A DNA stretch of 38,463 nt from an uncultured Deferribacteres bacterium (GTDB lineage: Bacteria; Zhuqueibacterota; Zhuqueibacteria; Zhuqueibacterales; Geothermadaptataceae). Positions 7,628 through 17,001 of this stretch are shown here, piece by piece (within the stretch, counting starts at the first letter, position 1; each line of letters begins with the position of its first letter). Both the position numbers and the translations under genes were made by a program. The stretch covers positions 1-38,463 of the forward strand of contig CAXHAT010000065.1 in assembly GCA_964014485.1 (NCBI GenBank), written 5' to 3'. The notes beneath the pieces are model-generated. The model did not search any database. It was not told where the DNA came from and worked only from the letters and a program-made list of their open reading frames with translations.

Positions 7628-10351
7628 TTATGATTGCTTTGCCGCTTCTTGCGTTATCTTGGACTGGCCTTCCGACAAGCCCATGATCGCCGGTAAGATT
7701 GTAATTGAAGCCAGGAAGCAGGTTCCAACGCCGATAAACAAAGCTATGCCCAGGCTCCCAAGGCCGCGATAAGTCGCAAAAACAAGTGACCCAAAGGCCA
7801 GCATGGTCGTGAGAGAAGTCAGGAAAATCGCCTTTCCGGTGCTAGTGAAGACGGTCTTAATACGCCCGTCACCTTCGACGTGATAACGATGCAAAATATG
7901 AACGCCGTCGTCAATGCCGATGCCGAGAATCAGAGGCACGCTCATAATGTTTAGTATTGTGAGCTGCAGACCAAAGAGCTGCATCAATCCAACCATCCAA
8001 ACAACGCCGATCGTCAGCGGAATGATGGCCATAAAAACTGATTTGAAAGAACGAAAATTCAGGTAGAGCATGAGCAGCACTGCGATGAGCGTCAAGGCGG
8101 CTGCGATGCGCCCGTCGCGCGCGATAATATCGATGAGAATATAGAAAATCAGAGGCATGCCTGTTACTCTCTCATCGAATTCTTGCAAGCGAAGTGTGAA
8201 TCGTTCCAAAAACAAAATGTCTTCCCAAATGCCGCGTTTGGGATACATTGTGATCAGGAATTTGCTCTCGTCCTCGCTGGCAAATCGATTCTTGATTTCT
8301 TCCGACAAGCCCGCGACCGTGAGTTCGCTGGTCTCCGTCATGTTGGCTGCGGTGCTTCGAAGGTAGGGCATGTATTGATCTTGAAAATCCGTCAGTCTTG
8401 CAAGGCTTGAAGCGTCGATGCGCCGGAGTTTCGAAATGAGCGACCCCGGCAAACTCTCCCGTTTTTCGCTCTCGACGTCCCCGACAATCGTTTTGACCTG
8501 ATCGTCCACGCGATCTTGGCCGCCAAGAAACGCCAATTGACCGAGCTCGATGATGTTTGCTTCGAGCCGCTCCACTTCTTGAATGAATCCATCTATTTCA
8601 CTAGAATTTAAAGGAGCTGATGCTGGAGCGTTCGCGAGTTTCTGGCGGATTTGTTCAACAAGCGGTTTTCGTTTCTGCTGCTCCAAATCTGAAGGTACGT
8701 AGTCGGTTATGCTTGTGACCATGCCTAACATGCCAAAATCCTTCGCCGACTCGGTGAGTTTTCGCGCTTCTTCAAGTGACGCCGCCGTCACGACTGCAAA
8801 ATCGGGCGTAATTTGAAACGCCGCTTCCATGTCATGCTGCAGCTTGATTGAGACGAGGCCTTCCGGCTCCATGTTGAGATAGTTGTAGTCAAAGGTGATT
8901 CTCGAAGTTGAATAAACCATGCCGACGGTGAAAAGCGTGCATATCGCCAACACAATTTTGGGCTTTCGGGCGAAAGCAGACGCAATCGCGCCCAAGACTC
9001 TAAAATCAATGACTTTGTGCGGTCGTCTGGATTTCCCGTTCCGGATCAGGACGCGTTCCCTGAAAACCAACATCGCGGGCAAAACGCTCAACGATGCAAG
9101 CATGGTAAAAATCACGCCCGCCCCCGCAACCAGACCAAATTCCGACATGCCGGCGGTTTCAGCAACCATGAGCGTGAAAAAGGCCAACGCCGTGGAGAAT
9201 GCGCCGAGCAAAACGCCGTTGCCGGTCTTTTGAAAAGTTTGCAGCAACGCCTCTTTTTGATCAAACCCTTGCACGCGATGTTCGGTATAGCCGGAGATGA
9301 CGTGAATTGAAAAATCTACGCCAAGTCCCAGCAAAATGACGGCGAACATTGAGGTGATAATGTTGAGCGAGCCTATCGCAAGAAAAGCGAATCCCCCCGT
9401 CCAAAAAATGCCGAAGACGAGCGTTAAACCCGCAAGAATCGGCGAAGCCCACATGCGAAAGGAGACGATGAACAGCCCGATAATGAGAATTAAGGCGATA
9501 ATCGAAGTGAAGTAAGCGTCTTCCTGGGCGGCGACGGTTTCATCGCGCGCCAATGCCATTGTGCCGGTCGTTCCCGATTCCTCAATGCCCGGAAATAAGG
9601 CGGCGGTCTCATGCACCAACGCGTCGATGATGTCTTCGGCTTCAATAACAAGATCGATTTCGTTCAGCGAGAACGTCGGCATGGCGAGCATGATTAACAT
9701 GCGCTTATCCGGCGAAATAAAGTAAGGATCGCCGATTAATTGACGGTCGATTGCTTCCTCAATTTCGGCGGATGAGAGAACGCTGTCGGAAGAAACGACG
9801 CGGTCGAGCGTTTGCAGCCAAAACCGGACGCCGTCAAGGGCGCGGACGGCGTTGTCTTCTCGCTCCCGGGTGGAAAGACTTTCATCTTCGTAAATGTAGG
9901 TTTTTTCGAGGTTATCGTTGAGGCCGGAGAGCCAGCCGCGAAGCCCCAGATTATCGAACGAAGTCAAACTGTTGCGAAGATCCTTTTCTTTTTGCAGCAT
10001 AAAGCCGTGGCGGAGAAAAAAATCTCGTTCGAGCATGTAATCAACGCGCTGCACATATTTTGTCAGCGCGCGAAGTTTGGGAGCCAGCGCGTCGGCAAAA
10101 TCCTTCAGCGCTTGTTCTTCGCCCTTCGCCGCAACGATGATCATCGAAGCAGTGCTGAAATCATCAACCACCTGATTGAATTCTTGCACCATTGGATGGT
10201 TCTGCGGCATCAGGTTTTTGAAGTGCATCTCGAGCCGAAGCTGCGACATGAGTGCGGCGGAAACGGCGGTGATTAAAATTGCGACGATAAGCACCAGACC
10301 GGTCTTTTCCGTCGCAACTTTGGCCATCAACCTAAACAGTCGGTTTCTCAT
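7628..10351 (-). CDS. MMPL/RND family transporter
   Basis: Two repeats of a periplasmic domain plus TM bundle, with GLGVDFSIH and GIGIDDGVH motifs, TG.A.FLTSLTT..AFGSL. Confidence 0.93.
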   Translation of the reverse strand: MRNRLFRLMAKVATEKTGLVLIVAILITAVSAALMSQLRLEMHFKNLMPQNHPMVQEFNQVVDDFSTASMIIVAAKGEEQALKDFADALAPKLRALTKYVQRVDYMLERDFFLRHGFMLQKEKDLRNSLTSFDNLGLRGWLSGLNDNLEKTYIYEDESLSTREREDNAVRALDGVRFWLQTLDRVVSSDSVLSSAEIEEAIDRQLIGDPYFISPDKRMLIMLAMPTFSLNEIDLVIEAEDIIDALVHETAALFPGIEESGTTGTMALARDETVAAQEDAYFTSIIALILIIGLFIVSFRMWASPILAGLTLVFGIFWTGGFAFLAIGSLNIITSMFAVILLGLGVDFSIHVISGYTEHRVQGFDQKEALLQTFQKTGNGVLLGAFSTALAFFTLMVAETAGMSEFGLVAGAGVIFTMLASLSVLPAMLVFRERVLIRNGKSRRPHKVIDFRVLGAIASAFARKPKIVLAICTLFTVGMVYSTSRITFDYNYLNMEPEGLVSIKLQHDMEAAFQITPDFAVVTAASLEEARKLTESAKDFGMLGMVTSITDYVPSDLEQQKRKPLVEQIRQKLANAPASAPLNSSEIDGFIQEVERLEANIIELGQLAFLGGQDRVDDQVKTIVGDVESEKRESLPGSLISKLRRIDASSLARLTDFQDQYMPYLRSTAANMTETSELTVAGLSEEIKNRFASEDESKFLITMYPKRGIWEDILFLERFTLRLQEFDERVTGMPLIFYILIDIIARDGRIAAALTLIAVLLMLYLNFRSFKSVFMAIIPLTIGVVWMVGLMQLFGLQLTILNIMSVPLILGIGIDDGVHILHRYHVEGDGRIKTVFTSTGKAIFLTSLTTMLAFGSLVFATYRGLGSLGIALFIGVGTCFLASITILPAIMGLSEGQSKITQEAAKQS

Positions 10352-10523
10352 TTTTCACCCTAATTTGATGATACAAAACCCGGCGAAGCGTACCGATTTT
10401 GAGCGCCGGGGCGTTTTCCCGCTCCCCGGAAAAACGCTGCGTTTCAACTCATCCAAGGTGTAAATGAAACTAATAACTGATGTTGCGCACGCCAATGCAT
10501 CGCCTATTGCTCAGACTTGAACA

Positions 10524-10660
10524 TGATTTCATTAGCACCGGGCTTGAGCCCGGTGACGCGCAAGGCGCGCATTTCCATCCCTGCCGCCGCGCTAGCGCGG
10601 CGGCAGGGATGGAGCGTCTTCAAAAACCTCCGCTCTGAAGAGCGGAGCTAATGAGAATCA
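10524..10660. repeat. 137-bp nested palindromic element (REPIN/MITE-like)
   Basis: Left arm TGATT-TCATTAG + CACCGGGC-TTGA-GCCCGGTG. Right arm, reverse-complemented, TGATTCTCATTAG + CTCCGCTC-TTCA-GAGCGGAG. Central perfect 40-bp palindrome at 10574..10613. Confidence 0.85.
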
Positions 10661-10715
10661 AAAAGTTGCCTGCGGGCTTTAATCGCGCGTGCCAAACGGC
10701 GGTGCGTAACATGAG

Positions 10716-12113
10716 TTATGACAAACCTTCCTTCGCGTACTTGCCCAGTTTGTTGTGCAAGGTTTTCAAACTAACGCCGAGCACCTGTGCGGCGCGCGTC
10801 TTGTTGTTGCTGCAATCGGCCAATGTCCGAAGAATGAGCTGTCGTTCCATCTCGCCGACCGTCGTGCCAATTGGCGCAACAACGCTGTTTTCAATCTCTT
10901 GATTCGACATTCCCGGCAAACTTCCGCCCGCCGATTCCTTGCGTACGCGCGGCGGTAAATCATGGGGAAAAATTTCTTCTCCTCGCGACAATATCACAGC
11001 GCGTTCAACGGCGTTGCGCAATTCTCTAACGTTCCCCGGCCAATCATAGTTCAGCATTAAAGTGAGTGTGTCTTGAGAAAAACGCAATTGCATTTTATCC
11101 TGAGATTTGGCGAATTTTTTCAAGAAACTGTCGGCGATCAAAGGAATGTCTTCCGAACGCTCATTCAAAGAAGGCAAGTCAATTTCGATGACCGCCAGCC
11201 GGTAGTAGACGTCTTCTCGGAGTCGTTGCTGCTCAACCGCTTCTTGCGGATTGCGATTGGTGGCGGCCAGCACGCGAACGTCAACCGTCAAATCCTTTGA
11301 GCCGCCGACTCGCCGAAAAGTTCGGGTTTCCAACGCGCGGAGCAGCTTGGCTTGCAAATCGATGGGCATTTCCGTCAATTCGTCCAGAAAAAGCGTGCCG
11401 CCGTCCGCCTGTTCAAAGTATCCGGCTTTATCCTTTGCCGCGCCGGTAAACGCGCCTTTTTCATGCCCAAAAAGTTCGCTTTCAAAAATATTGGCCGGGA
11501 GTGCGGCGCAGTTGACCGCGACGAACGGCGCCTTCTTGCGCACGCTTCGATTATGGACGGCGTTAGCGACCAATTCTTTGCCCGTGCCGCTGTCTCCTGT
11601 AATCAGTACGCTCGCATCGCTTCCGGCAACGGCTTCCAATGTTCGAAAAAGATCCTGCATGACTTCCGACTTGCCGATCAAATCTTGATAGCGCGTTAAA
11701 CTCTCCAGACGATTTTCAAGGTCAGCGTTTTTTCTCGCCAGGGCGGCTTTTTCGCAGGCGTGCGCAACGATGCGCGTCAAGTCCGCGCCTTTCACCGGCT
11801 TAATGCAATAATCGTAAGCGCCAAGCTTCATCGCCTCAACAGCAGTGTCGACGGAACTGTCGCCAGTGATAAACACCGTCTCCGTTGCAACGCCCTCCCG
11901 GCGCATTTGGCGAAAAACGGAGAGACCGTCAATGTCGTCCAGGTGCAAATCAAGCAACGCGACGTCAAACTTGTTTCCGCGCAAAGCCTTGAGTGCGCTT
12001 TCACCGGTTTTGAACGTTTTAATCTGATAATTGCCGTCGCTGGAAAGGATAATTTCGAGAGAGTCAAGTACGGATTCTTCGTCGTCGCAGATCAGGATAC
12101 GTCCTTTAAGCAT
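10716..12113 (-). CDS. Sigma54-dependent response regulator (NtrC/AtoC family: REC - AAA+ - Fis HTH)
   Basis: ICDDE, LLDLHL phospho-Asp, Walker A GDSGTGKE, ESELFGHEKGAFTGA, LFLDE, WPGNVREL, NNKTRAAQVLGVSLKTL. Confidence 0.96.
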   Translation of the reverse strand: MLKGRILICDDEESVLDSLEIILSSDGNYQIKTFKTGESALKALRGNKFDVALLDLHLDDIDGLSVFRQMRREGVATETVFITGDSSVDTAVEAMKLGAYDYCIKPVKGADLTRIVAHACEKAALARKNADLENRLESLTRYQDLIGKSEVMQDLFRTLEAVAGSDASVLITGDSGTGKELVANAVHNRSVRKKAPFVAVNCAALPANIFESELFGHEKGAFTGAAKDKAGYFEQADGGTLFLDELTEMPIDLQAKLLRALETRTFRRVGGSKDLTVDVRVLAATNRNPQEAVEQQRLREDVYYRLAVIEIDLPSLNERSEDIPLIADSFLKKFAKSQDKMQLRFSQDTLTLMLNYDWPGNVRELRNAVERAVILSRGEEIFPHDLPPRVRKESAGGSLPGMSNQEIENSVVAPIGTTVGEMERQLILRTLADCSNNKTRAAQVLGVSLKTLHNKLGKYAKEGLS

Positions 12114-12129
12114 GATCGATTCCTTCAGG

Positions 12130-12360
12130 TTATTTCAGCGCATCGGAGAGCTTTTCAAGCCGTTTCTGGAATTTCTGTAAGTTGCCTTGCAGCGATTTAA
12201 GCTGGCTTTGCAGCATCTTGCCTTCTTTTGTGGTAAACTTTTGCGCGATAAGGTTCGACGCTTCCGCGTTCATGCTTGCCGCGTGATAGCTGTCGCGAAG
12301 ATCGTGAATCAGCTTGCGAAGGGCTGCGTCGTTTCCCGCCGTCTTCTTTTTTCCCAACAT
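12130..12360 (-). CDS. Small helical protein with H-box-like motif (stand-alone DHp-like)
   Basis: RBS-like GGAG..AAAGGA upstream. Co-oriented between the kinase and the regulator. Sequence LRKLIHDLRDSYHAASMNAE followed by a second amphipathic helix. Confidence 0.7.
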   Translation of the reverse strand: MLGKKKTAGNDAALRKLIHDLRDSYHAASMNAEASNLIAQKFTTKEGKMLQSQLKSLQGNLQKFQKRLEKLSDALK

Positions 12361-12481
12361 TCCTTTTCATTCTCCATCGCTATTTTTATGGCTCGTTACC
12401 AAACTTCGGATTGGTAACGCGATTGTGCAAGAAATTCCAGTTTCGAGCCGAAGAATCGCAAAGCAAGCTTCGCACTCCCGA

Positions 12482-15400
12482 CTATTTTAAATGCGTTGCC
12501 GTCATTTGCCAAAAAGCCTTCATTTCAAAAGGCTTGGAAAGAAAATCATCGTACCCGGCGGCTTTGGCTTTTCTGCGCTCTTCCGCCATGGCGTGCGCCG
12601 TGAGCGCGATGACGGGAATTTCCTTCAATTGTTTTTGCGCTTTCAAGGTGCGCACAACTTCGTAGCCGTCCATGCCGGGCATCATAATATCCAGAAAAAT
12701 CAAGTCGGGTCTTAGCTTGTGCGCCATCGAAACGGCGGACGGGCCGTCGTATGCAAAGTCGACTTTAAATCCTTCATTTTCAATAAAAAAGCGCATCGCT
12801 TCTTCAGTACTCCGATTATCGTCCACCAGCAGGATGTGCGCCTTCTTCTTTCGCGCTTTCGGCTTTGGCGTGACGGCGGATTTTGTCCCTTTCGCTCGCG
12901 GCTTGCGTTTCAGAGCCTTGACCGGAAGTTCAATTGTAAATGTCGTCCCGACGCCGACTCTGCTTTTTAAATTCAATTTCCCGCCCAGAAGTTCAACCAT
13001 TTTGCGCGAAATCGGCAGCCCGAGCCCGGTGCCTTCAAACTGTCGAGACGCCGTGCGATCAGCCTGTTGAAAAGGTTCAAAGATTTCGTCAAACTTATCT
13101 TTCGGAATGCCGACCCCGGTGTCCGCCACCTGTAGTTTCAGGACTTTGTTTCCGACGAATTTGGCGGTGATTTCAACAACGCCGGAAGGGGTGAATTTTT
13201 GCGCGTTGCGAGCAAGATTTAGCAATGCGCGCGACAACATGCTTCTGTCCGTAACGATGTAAGGCGGGATGGAAGCGTCAACCGCAACGCGCAGCTTCAG
13301 CCCGCTTTTCTCGCACAGCGGTCGAATCGCGTCTTCCGTCGCCTGGATGATTTCACGCGGAGAAAAAGCTTCCGGTGAAGGTTCGAATTTCCCCGCCTCA
13401 ATTTTGCTCATGTCCAGCAAATCGTTGATCAGTCCCAAGAGGTTGTCGCCGCTGATCCGAATCGTCTGCAAGTAGCGCAAACGGTCATTTTCCGCAACGC
13501 CTTTTCGCTCGCGAAGCAATTCGACATATCGCAGAATGACGTTGAGAGGCGTGCGCAATTCGTGTGAAACGTTGGAAAGAAATTCAGAAATGTGGCGATT
13601 CGCTTTCTCGAGCTCGTGAGCCTTACTCTCGGTTTCTGAAAAGATGCGCGTATTCTCGAGCACGAAGGAAATCCGAGCCGCGATTTCAGTGAAATAGCTG
13701 CAAAACTCCTTGGTGTAAGATGATTTGTCCGCTGACCAGCAATAGATGAAGCCGTATTTTTTCCGATTCAAAACAAGCCGCGCGACGACAACTTCGACTG
13801 GATTTTTGCGAATCGGCGGCAACCCCAAAGCCGTTACAAAAGGCGACTCCGCACTGTGCAATGAGACGATTTTCGCGCCTCCGGACGGAATGATTGATTT
13901 TTCGCAGGCGAGAATTTTTTCGATCTGCGCCTGGTTGAGCATGTCAGCTTTTTCGCGTTTTGCTTTATCCGCGCACGTACTTGCTCCGACGGGCGGTTCG
14001 CCGTAAACAATTATCCCGATTTCGCACTGAAGCACGCGTTTGCCGCGATTGAGGAAACTCTTGATCTCACGATCCGGCGTCACGTCCAAACGCTCCATTC
14101 TGCTGACCATTGCCAACAGGTCGTCGCGCTCTCGCGTTGTTTTTATTTGCTGCTTGAATCGCTTTTGCTGGATCGCATGCGCCGCCTGGGTCGCCAACTT
14201 TTCCAGGATTTCAATTGAAGTTTTTACTGGAATTTGCCCATGAGCCGGCGCGCCGAAAAGCAGCAAGCCTATTTGCTCATCGTTTTGTTGCAATGGAAAA
14301 ATCAGGAAATCATGCGCAGACCAATCACCTTTTGCCGTTGGCTTGAGTTGTTTGCCTGGCCAAAAATCCCACAGACGCGCCGCGCCGTTTTTCGCTTTTT
14401 GCAGAAAAAAAGCGTCGCCGATTGCGTATCTGGTTTGAAAATACTGTTCGATGTCTTCAGCCTCAACCCTGAGCGTTCGCGTCTTGATTTCCGAGCTGAA
14501 GCCTCGCGCGTCAAGAGAAAAGTAAGCGTTTTGTTCAGGCGGTTTTTCATACACAATCAGCCGAGGCCAACCGACGGCGGCGGAAGTGCGCAGTATCGTC
14601 TGAATTTTTTCGTTAAAAGAAATGTTAGAATGGACTGTCTCCGCCAGGTTGATAATTTTTTGCAGCGAATCGCTTTCGCTTTGCACGGACGCGCCTTGAG
14701 TTTTGCCGGAAACCGCCTGGCGTTCGAGCGTTTTCAATTTTTCCGCTTCGTGTTTTTGCGCCGTCAAATCAAACGCTTGGAGCACGACCCCAATAAATTC
14801 ACCGTCTCTTCTCGTCGCCGGCGTGGCGCGCCAGCGCAGGTGCTTTTTTACGCCGTCCGGGCGGAGGAAATCGTCGACAAACTCGTGCGCTTCCGAGTGC
14901 AGCTTGCCGCTATGGTTGGATTCCAACCGCAAAAGATCGGAAACGAAAACGGGCAAATTCTTTAGCGAGATATTGCTCGACGAAAATCCCAAAATCGTGG
15001 ACGCGTCATCATTTAAAAAACGACACTCCCCTTGCGGCGAGACAAAGATAATCCCGGTTTGCAACGCCCCCAGTATAGATATTTGTTCTTCAAGCGTTTC
15101 CTCTAAAGCCGATTTTCTATCAGCGATTTTGGCCCGAAAACGCTCTCTGGTTTTTGCATTGTTGAGACGCTCGGATGCGTCGCGTTCAACCCAGAGATAG
15201 TGCAGCGGCGATTCGCCTCGCAAGCTAATTGGCGCGGCGTAAACATCGACGACGAATTCATTACCGTCGCGACTGCGATTTTTAAAAGCGCCTTGCCAAA
15301 CCTTGCCTTGTTGAAGCACTTTGATCGCTTCACGTTCCATCTTGGTCTCAAGCCGATAAACGCTGGTGCTTCGCCCGACAAGATCAGCGGTGCGATGGCC

Positions 15401-16723
15401 TGTGATTCTGCAGAACGCGCCGTTCACAAACACAATTCGGCAGTCCGCTTCAGTGATCACCATGCCGTCTTCAATTTTGTTCAGCGCCGTGCGAAAAAGC
15501 TGCAAATCCTTTTCTTGTTGATCGATGTTGGCGGAAAGATTGCCTTGCCGTTCAATTTGCTCAGTCAAATCGAGAAAGCCAAAGTGCGCGCCTTCGACTT
15601 TTTGGCGATGATCAAGCAGCGGTTTTGCGCGCACGTTCAAACCAACATCGCCGACGTTCGGGCGGTGGAGCATGATTTCGAACACGGATTCTCGTCCGCT
15701 TTTGGCGTCGTTTAAGGCACGCGCCAAGGCGTCGTAGAATGTTTTGCCGACTACGGCGCGAAAATTTTTGCCTTGAATATCGATCCGGTCCAATCCGGTT
15801 AAATTTTCAAATGCCGCGTTGGCGAAAAGAATCTTTTCATCGCGATCCAGGTGCAGCACCGCTTCACGCATGTGCGAAAGGATGTTTTCGTGCGTTTGCT
15901 GTTTTTCGTGCAGCGCTTGATTCTGCTCAAGCAACCCTTCCCGAAGCTCCGTCTCATTGTGAACAAAGCGGTTGTGGTAGAGCAGCGTAAAAATGATCAA
16001 AAAACCCGCGCCGGGCAGAGCGGAAAGCAAGGCGAGCGGAGATGACGTAAAATTGTGGAGATAGGAAACCCCGACGAAGCTGAAGACGACAAAGGCAAAC
16101 GCGAGCCCTTCGTCGAAAGCTTTTTTAAATTTCGGCGTGATTGCGATCGCTGCAATGGCAAAGATGGTTGCAAAACTGAACCCCCAGACAAGAAAATGCA
16201 GTTCAAAGGGCAAATTGTCCAGCAGTCCGGCAGCGGGATTTTGCGTTGAAGCAAAGCCGTCGCCGTCAATATTGGAAGGCGATTCCAAGCCGACTGATAT
16301 ACTTTCCTGATGGTAAAAGAAATCAGCAAGCCCGCCGCCCCCCACCAGCATTATGCTGACAAAAAGCCATAGGATACGTTTGCGAAAAACGTCTTTAAAA
16401 CGCTGCTCGTTTGTGGCGCGCCCATAATCTAAAGGCGCGAAAATCAACCAGGCAAAGAGAGCGGCATGCAACGCAATGACGAGAAAACTTGTTGTTTCGA
16501 TGCGTTCGCTTGGTGCATAAAAATACAAAAGCAGCAGGTAGCTAATTTGGCAGAGTGCCAGATGAAAAAAGGAGGCTTGCGGTTGTTTTTTCAGCCAAAT
16601 TAAAGCGAGAAACAGCCCGACGCTAAAAAGCGCTGCTAGTGTAGCGGGAATGATTGGGCTTCCAGCCAGCGCTTCAGCTTGCCGGATAAAATCGGAAGAA
16701 AATGTGTCAAAGTTTTCGGGCAT
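12482..16723 (-). CDS. Hybrid sensor histidine kinase (TM - PAS x3 - GAF-like - HisKA - HATPase - REC)
   Basis: Hydrophobic N-terminus. PAS motifs ILFANAAF, IVFVNGAF and CRFLND. H-box SHELRTPL, NLARNAQKFT, DTGVGI, GTGLGL. REC LVDDN / LDIMMP / SKP. Start placed at ATG 16723 (MPENF); the ORF extends to 16885. Confidence 0.93.
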   Translation of the reverse strand: MPENFDTFSSDFIRQAEALAGSPIIPATLAALFSVGLFLALIWLKKQPQASFFHLALCQISYLLLLYFYAPSERIETTSFLVIALHAALFAWLIFAPLDYGRATNEQRFKDVFRKRILWLFVSIMLVGGGGLADFFYHQESISVGLESPSNIDGDGFASTQNPAAGLLDNLPFELHFLVWGFSFATIFAIAAIAITPKFKKAFDEGLAFAFVVFSFVGVSYLHNFTSSPLALLSALPGAGFLIIFTLLYHNRFVHNETELREGLLEQNQALHEKQQTHENILSHMREAVLHLDRDEKILFANAAFENLTGLDRIDIQGKNFRAVVGKTFYDALARALNDAKSGRESVFEIMLHRPNVGDVGLNVRAKPLLDHRQKVEGAHFGFLDLTEQIERQGNLSANIDQQEKDLQLFRTALNKIEDGMVITEADCRIVFVNGAFCRITGHRTADLVGRSTSVYRLETKMEREAIKVLQQGKVWQGAFKNRSRDGNEFVVDVYAAPISLRGESPLHYLWVERDASERLNNAKTRERFRAKIADRKSALEETLEEQISILGALQTGIIFVSPQGECRFLNDDASTILGFSSSNISLKNLPVFVSDLLRLESNHSGKLHSEAHEFVDDFLRPDGVKKHLRWRATPATRRDGEFIGVVLQAFDLTAQKHEAEKLKTLERQAVSGKTQGASVQSESDSLQKIINLAETVHSNISFNEKIQTILRTSAAVGWPRLIVYEKPPEQNAYFSLDARGFSSEIKTRTLRVEAEDIEQYFQTRYAIGDAFFLQKAKNGAARLWDFWPGKQLKPTAKGDWSAHDFLIFPLQQNDEQIGLLLFGAPAHGQIPVKTSIEILEKLATQAAHAIQQKRFKQQIKTTRERDDLLAMVSRMERLDVTPDREIKSFLNRGKRVLQCEIGIIVYGEPPVGASTCADKAKREKADMLNQAQIEKILACEKSIIPSGGAKIVSLHSAESPFVTALGLPPIRKNPVEVVVARLVLNRKKYGFIYCWSADKSSYTKEFCSYFTEIAARISFVLENTRIFSETESKAHELEKANRHISEFLSNVSHELRTPLNVILRYVELLRERKGVAENDRLRYLQTIRISGDNLLGLINDLLDMSKIEAGKFEPSPEAFSPREIIQATEDAIRPLCEKSGLKLRVAVDASIPPYIVTDRSMLSRALLNLARNAQKFTPSGVVEITAKFVGNKVLKLQVADTGVGIPKDKFDEIFEPFQQADRTASRQFEGTGLGLPISRKMVELLGGKLNLKSRVGVGTTFTIELPVKALKRKPRAKGTKSAVTPKPKARKKKAHILLVDDNRSTEEAMRFFIENEGFKVDFAYDGPSAVSMAHKLRPDLIFLDIMMPGMDGYEVVRTLKAQKQLKEIPVIALTAHAMAEERRKAKAAGYDDFLSKPFEMKAFWQMTATHLK

Positions 16724-16824
16724 TTCCAGCTTGGTTATTCGAGCGTTTTGGACTAAAGAAAGGCGACAAGTATGACAACTATTATAAAAACTTGCAAGCG
16801 GAAAGGCGCAATAAAAAGTTTTGC

Positions 16825-16853
16825 TTGATTCATGGCTGTGCAAGCGATATGTT
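16825..16853 (+). promoter_or_regulatory. Candidate sigma70-type promoter for the pepD operon (TTGATT-N17-TATGTT)
   Basis: 17-nt spacing, in the divergent intergenic region upstream of pepD. Confidence 0.5.
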
Positions 16854-17001
16854 TGGCGCGAATTCGCCGTTTGTTTGGATGACAAGTTCTTTATGGACGG
16901 GCGGTTAAACGCTTCAGAGTTTGAAACGAATGAATCGAAGATCAGCTTCGAGATGATACATATGATTTGTGGAAATGAGCCTCATAAATGGAGATAAAAT
17001 T

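Noticed and set aside
10678..10695. TTGGCACG on the minus strand upstream of the MMPL operon as a sigma54 promoter
   Set aside because: The -24 box is good, but the GG-N10 position reads TA rather than GC, so there is no -12 element.
12426..12440. CTGGAATTTCTTGCA upstream of the 76-aa gene as a sigma54 promoter
   Set aside because: GG-to-GC spacing is 8 nt, not the required 10.
14234..15715. Long antisense ORFs (243, 165 and 171 aa) opposite the kinase, and similar shadow ORFs elsewhere
   Set aside because: They lie fully opposite well-supported genes and have no motifs; typical shadow frames.
16724..16885. 54-aa N-terminal extension of the hybrid kinase
   Set aside because: It spans the divergent promoter region and looks non-coding.
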